DNA of 64,000 bases, from assembly GCA_035193785.1 (NCBI GenBank), contig CP136572.1, forward strand, positions 1,908,578-1,972,577, read 5' to 3'. Below, one piece after another: positions 62,583 through 64,000 of the stretch. The notes beneath the pieces were generated by a model. The model was not told the origin of the DNA, ran no database searches, and saw only the letters and a list, made by a program, of their open reading frames with translations. The DNA is from Planktothrix sp. GU0601_MAG3 (GTDB lineage: Bacteria; Cyanobacteriota; Cyanobacteriia; Cyanobacteriales; Microcoleaceae). Position 1 is the first letter of the stretch; each line of letters begins with the position of its first letter. Both the position numbers and the translations under genes were made by a program.

Positions 62583-63086
62583 AGATGCCTACCTAACCTT
62601 TTATTGGAATGGTTGTGATGGCTAATCAGTTTAAAATTTCACATTTACTAGGAAGTATTGGGGAATAATGCCTGAAGCCAAAATCAAGTAAAATCGTGAA
62701 TAGATTAAATTGTATTAATATGGGAAAAACTCCCTATCCTTAGTTTTAGCATTTCCTCCCCCAGAATAGCCCCAGTAAAAATACGGATCTTTCTGAGTTC
62801 AGTCGCGCTTCAATTCCATTGAATAGCGGATTTATTAGATGCTAACCCTATAATAAAATAAGACTTCCAGCCCAAATTAAGACGGTTAATCATTCTTAAT
62901 TTGTTGTGCTTGCTATCACACTTTCGACTGTAAGGGATACGGTTTAGGGATTCTCCTCTACTCTATTAGGATGCCCAGTTTTTTTTGAAAAGCGATCGCA
63001 AAAACTAAAATTCAGATAGACCCCAAAAAATAGCCCCCCTGTTGTCTAGGGGGGTTAGGGAAATCCTGGCTATTGTTCGGCCCCAT

Positions 63087-63323
63087 TTAAAATTTGTTCA
63101 AATCAAGTCCAGCTTTCTTGGCCATGGCTTGTAAACCTTTGAGTTCAATAGTTTTAATCGCTTTTGTAGACAGTTTCAGTCTCACAAAACGATTCCCCTG
63201 GGGCCACCAAATCCGTTTCCACTGTAAATTCGCTTCCTGCAATTTGTGGGTGCGACGGTGGGAGTGGGACACAGCCATACCGTTATTGGCTCTCTTTCCC
63301 GTTAACTGACAAATCCGAGACAT
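63087..63323 (-). CDS. rpmB: 50S ribosomal protein L28
   Basis: '[37 protein letters not shown]'. Confidence 0.98.
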   Translation of the reverse strand: MSRICQLTGKRANNGMAVSHSHRRTHKLQEANLQWKRIWWPQGNRFVRLKLSTKAIKTIELKGLQAMAKKAGLDLNKF

Positions 63324-63432
63324 GGTTAACTCCAGCTTACTCTTGTTTTAAAAGTCCAAACCTCCATTATACAGAATTTTGGTTATAACCATCCCATTGC
63401 TTTGAAAGTCCTTTGATTTTACCTGAAGTTTG

Positions 63433-63541
63433 AGATCCCCCCTAACCCCCCTTGAGAAAGGGGGAACCGGATTTCAAAGTCCCCACAAGGGGGATATATC
63501 GTTTCAAAGTCCCCCTTTTTAATCGGGATTTAGGGGGATCT
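63433..63541. repeat. Dispersed palindromic repeat AGATCCCCCCTAACCCCCCTT...GGGATTTAGGGGGATCT
   Basis: Inverted ends; a second family member spans 53698-54048 and is interrupted by a MITE. Confidence 0.8.
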
Positions 63542-63576
63542 ATCTGAAGATGTAATCAGGTTTTTTTACTGTCATT

Positions 63577-64000
63577 CTAATTAGTTGTTAACCGCGTTAA
63601 CACCTGATTAGAACGTTCTACAAAGTCCTTCATTCCTTCAGCATCAAAGCCTTTTTGAGCAATTAAAGCTAAGTCATAGACATGATGACAAATCATATTA
63701 GCTAATTCCGTTGAAGGAGACTCCCCACCCTCTTGAATAATCGCTCCTTGACTCAAATCAACTAAATTCTGAATCAACGGATGGGCGGTATTAATTAACA
63801 GAATATGTTCCTCGGGAAATTCCACCTTTTGCTGCTGCATCAGGGCGGTCATATCCTGTAACCGTCGCATAAATTCGGGTAACAACACCATCGCCGGCGG
63901 GGTATTCTCGGATTTTAAGGATTCCGTCCGAATCGTTAATTTAGGCTTGTTTAAAGCTGCGGTAAACAGGTCTTTAATGATTTCGCTGCGGGTTTTATTG
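63577..64000 (-). CDS. htpG: Chaperone HtpG (Hsp90), 3' part; the gene runs off the window
   Basis: Open to the window edge: 'NKTRSEIIKDLF..ALNKPKLTIRTESLK...PPAMVLLPEFMRRLQDM...LLINTAHPLIQNL...YDLAL'. Confidence 0.88.
   Translation of the reverse strand, partial: NKTRSEIIKDLFTAALNKPKLTIRTESLKSENTPPAMVLLPEFMRRLQDMTALMQQQKVEFPEEHILLINTAHPLIQNLVDLSQGAIIQEGGESPSTELANMICHHVYDLALIAQKGFDAEGMKDFVERSNQVLTRLTTN

Overview
AT-rich DNA from a filamentous cyanobacterium, inferred from apcABC, psaK, psbO, the hps gliding-motility genes, abundant HIP1 (GCGATCGC) sites and heptamer STRRs; the repeat repertoire looks Planktothrix/Oscillatoriales-like. Gene order: a DUF4160/DUF2442 pair, metH, potDBC, a candidate lipid biosynthetic cluster (two FAALs, an ACP, a PLP alpha-oxoamine synthase and a B12 radical SAM enzyme, with a divergent GT4, MFS, HpsP-like GT4 and C39 peptidase), an orphan M.RsrI-like adenine methyltransferase, a MITE, one ~20.6 kb gene for a ~6,870-aa RTX/Calx-beta surface protein carrying two amino-acid solute-binding domains, tandem Csp genes, apcABC, psaK, trpF, an IS200/IS605-like remnant before psbO, sigF, hpsA-B-C plus two pilins, rpmB and the 3' end of htpG. 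Many genes look broken in the ORF track. Of 29 frameshifts I reconstructed by hand, 28 are extra bases inside one motif (GAAC->GAAAC or GTTC->GTTTC). I read these as motif-specific sequencing errors rather than pseudogenes, and they may be the footprint of DNA phosphorothioation or another modification at GAAC/GTTC. Gene coordinates and lengths below are for the repaired genes.
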